Positions 62,001 to 64,000 of a DNA stretch of 64,000 nt are shown one piece after another (the stretch's first letter is position 1; each line of letters opens with the position of its first letter). Source of the stretch: Oculina patagonica (Eukaryota); NCBI RefSeq assembly GCF_052425735.1, contig NC_135766.1, positions 16,864,001 through 16,928,000 of the forward strand, given 5' to 3'. Under the pieces are notes generated by a model that was given only the letters and a program-made list of their open reading frames with translations, had not been told where the DNA came from and ran no database searches. The translations under genes were made by a program, and so were the position numbers.

Positions 62001-62865
62001 AGAAAGCCATAGACGCCACCCCAGAGAAGCCAAAGCTTTCTGGGAAACAGAGCAGACATAACTGTAATGTTCAGTACAAAAAATGTTCAGAAGATTTCAT
62101 ACACCTTGTAAGCTGTTCAGAAGGGGAATTTAATAACAATGTAGCATTTCGACAGGTTACGATGAATTTCAGGACCGAGATGAGACATGTAAAAGTTTGA
62201 GAACCGAGAACAATGTTTATTTCGGTTGTTATGTACATGTCACTGGACAACACTTTCTCTTAAATTGGAATTTCAACTCGAAATTGGAAATTCTTATCAT
62301 TTTCAACATTTAATTTTTGTCGAAGGGAATGGCGCCCGTAGCTTTCTTTATTCGTTAGTTCTACAATACTAATATTATCAACTTTCGCCAGCCTGTAGAT
62401 ATATATGGATTTTTTAAAACTAGCTTGTATAAAGTTTGTATCAGGGAAATAAAGAGCGAATGCGAGTTTTTGCAACACATACATTCTGCACAACTTAAAA
62501 AAAGCGCGCGACTAAGAAAATTTATGCTTATAATTTCTTAGCAATTTCAGCCGAGAATTCGAACAAAAACTGTAAACGTTTTTGTTAAAATCGTTTTGAT
62601 GATTGGTTGTCATCATTCTTCAAAGACACTTAGGTGCATTACTATTTTTAACGTGTTTTGTGACTTAATAGAATGCCTCCCATAACCGTGCCATAATCAA
62701 ATCAAGGTGTTCACGGCTTTCGCATTCGCGCAAACAAAAAGAAAAAAAATAACGGATATTGTTCCTTGCGATCTGAAATTACCTTTACACTATGTGGTCA
62801 AAGAAGTTACTTGCTTTTGAAAGAAAGACAAGAAACTATTAGTACGAGTCGTTCTCTATAAATAC

Positions 62866-62946
62866 CCCGGGGGGTGGAGGGGGGTACTGAAAAAGGTACC
62901 CATCCCCGTATACGCCATTATAGGGAGTACCCTTCCCCCCCCCGGG
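62866..62946. mobile_element. Tiny CCCGG-terminal MITE
   Basis: cccgggggg...gtact ... agtacc...cccggg flanked by ataaatac and ataaattc; absent at the paralogous sites near 58190 and 60395. Confidence 0.7.
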
Positions 62947-63426
62947 ATAAATTCGTATTCTAACAACAATAGCAATGTTTCATTTCGGCATGACATTTCT
63001 CATTTATCTGTCATAAAGCTGTTATTTTGGGACGCATGCTTCTCTTAAAGGTAAAAGCATTAAATCTAAATGTCATACATCTGCGATTTGATATTTGGCG
63101 GGCATTCTATTTCTGCCGTCATGATTCTGTTTTACAGTAATGAAGTCTCAAGTAATTATTATCTTTTGTCAACCATATGACCTGAACACACTAGGAGTCT
63201 TTATTTAACAAATGGCCATGTATCGAACTCTTAATAAAAACAACTTTTTAGCCAATCAAAACGCGCGCTGAATCCAATCGAGATTGAAAGATAACTTATT
63301 GCAGCGAAATTGGATTTTATTTCCGAATATATTATGTTGGTAAATGTTTTAATTCATTCAAGGCTGTATTTTCAAAGGCGCTTGTACCGATAGCTTGGTT
63401 GAATTCGAGCACTAAAGCAGCACAAC

Positions 63427-64000
63427 ATGTCACTAACATCCAATAGGACGATTTAAACAAGTCATAACGAAACAACACTGGGCCAACAGAACTCATCGTG
63501 TATTTTTGTCGATTCGACTGCAGGGAAAATTTCCAAAGTTTGCGCTTATTGTTTTATTCTGTTGGGCAGTCTTTTCGAGAACATCTTCATAATCATCATC
63601 GTCTACAAACACCGAGATTTACGAAAAACAATTAACTTTTTCATCGTGAACATGGCCGTGTCGGATTTGCTTTTCCCGCTAGTTGTAATCCCTTTTCAGA
63701 TGACTGTATTGCTGACTGACTCAGGGCATTGGCCCGTCAGTGGAATCTTAGGATCGATATTTTGCAAGTTACATGTTTTTGCAAGCTATATATCGTCCCA
63801 CGTTTCTGCTCAGAGCATAGTGTGGATAGCAATTGATAGATTTGTCGCTGTCGTTTTTCCGACGAAAATTGGGCTTATCTCAGCTAAGATTCGTACAATA
63901 GCCGTCGCATCCACTTGGATTGTTGCAGGCTTGTTTAATTTTCTACAACTAATAACTTTAGGACTTGTTGTACATGGCAATAACACATATTGTTCTCAAA
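63427..64000 (+). pseudogene. GPCR copy 6, runs off the window; nonsense at codon 10
   Basis: ATG TCA CTA...ATT TAA (63454-63456, TTA>TAA); otherwise nearly identical to the 58660 copy. Confidence 0.85.

Overview
AT-rich, repeat-dense metazoan DNA. A cnidarian (stony-coral-like) origin is my inference from the repeat families and intronless GPCRs, not something the sequence proves. (1) 1-10.2 kb: the last three coding exons of EBAG9/RCAS1 (+). One intron holds a young, complete 5.1-kb tyrosine-recombinase retrotransposon (PAT-like DIRS: gag, RT-RNaseH-methyltransferase, YR; split direct repeats), itself inserted in a MITE. (2) 13.6-64 kb: a tandem cluster of intronless class-A GPCR paralogs. 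Only 37411-38550 is intact; five copies are broken, including one split by an inversion, and one unit has lost its gene. (3) The cluster is interrupted by a 58-bp satellite with a 4.35-kb-offset duplication, an 11.3-kb TTAA-flanked transposon with ~1-kb TIRs carrying Sola3-like transposase remnants, an L1/Tx1-like LINE with an apparent 3' transduction, Penelope-like fragments with hammerhead-ribozyme motifs, and many MITEs. The most unusual items are a ~245-bp TSD-flanked fold-back cassette of two inverted hammerhead motifs around a captured local satellite unit, an in-frame gag-to-YR splice in the DIRS element, and four-way mosaicism among the GPCR paralogs. Family names come from motif recognition, not database searches.
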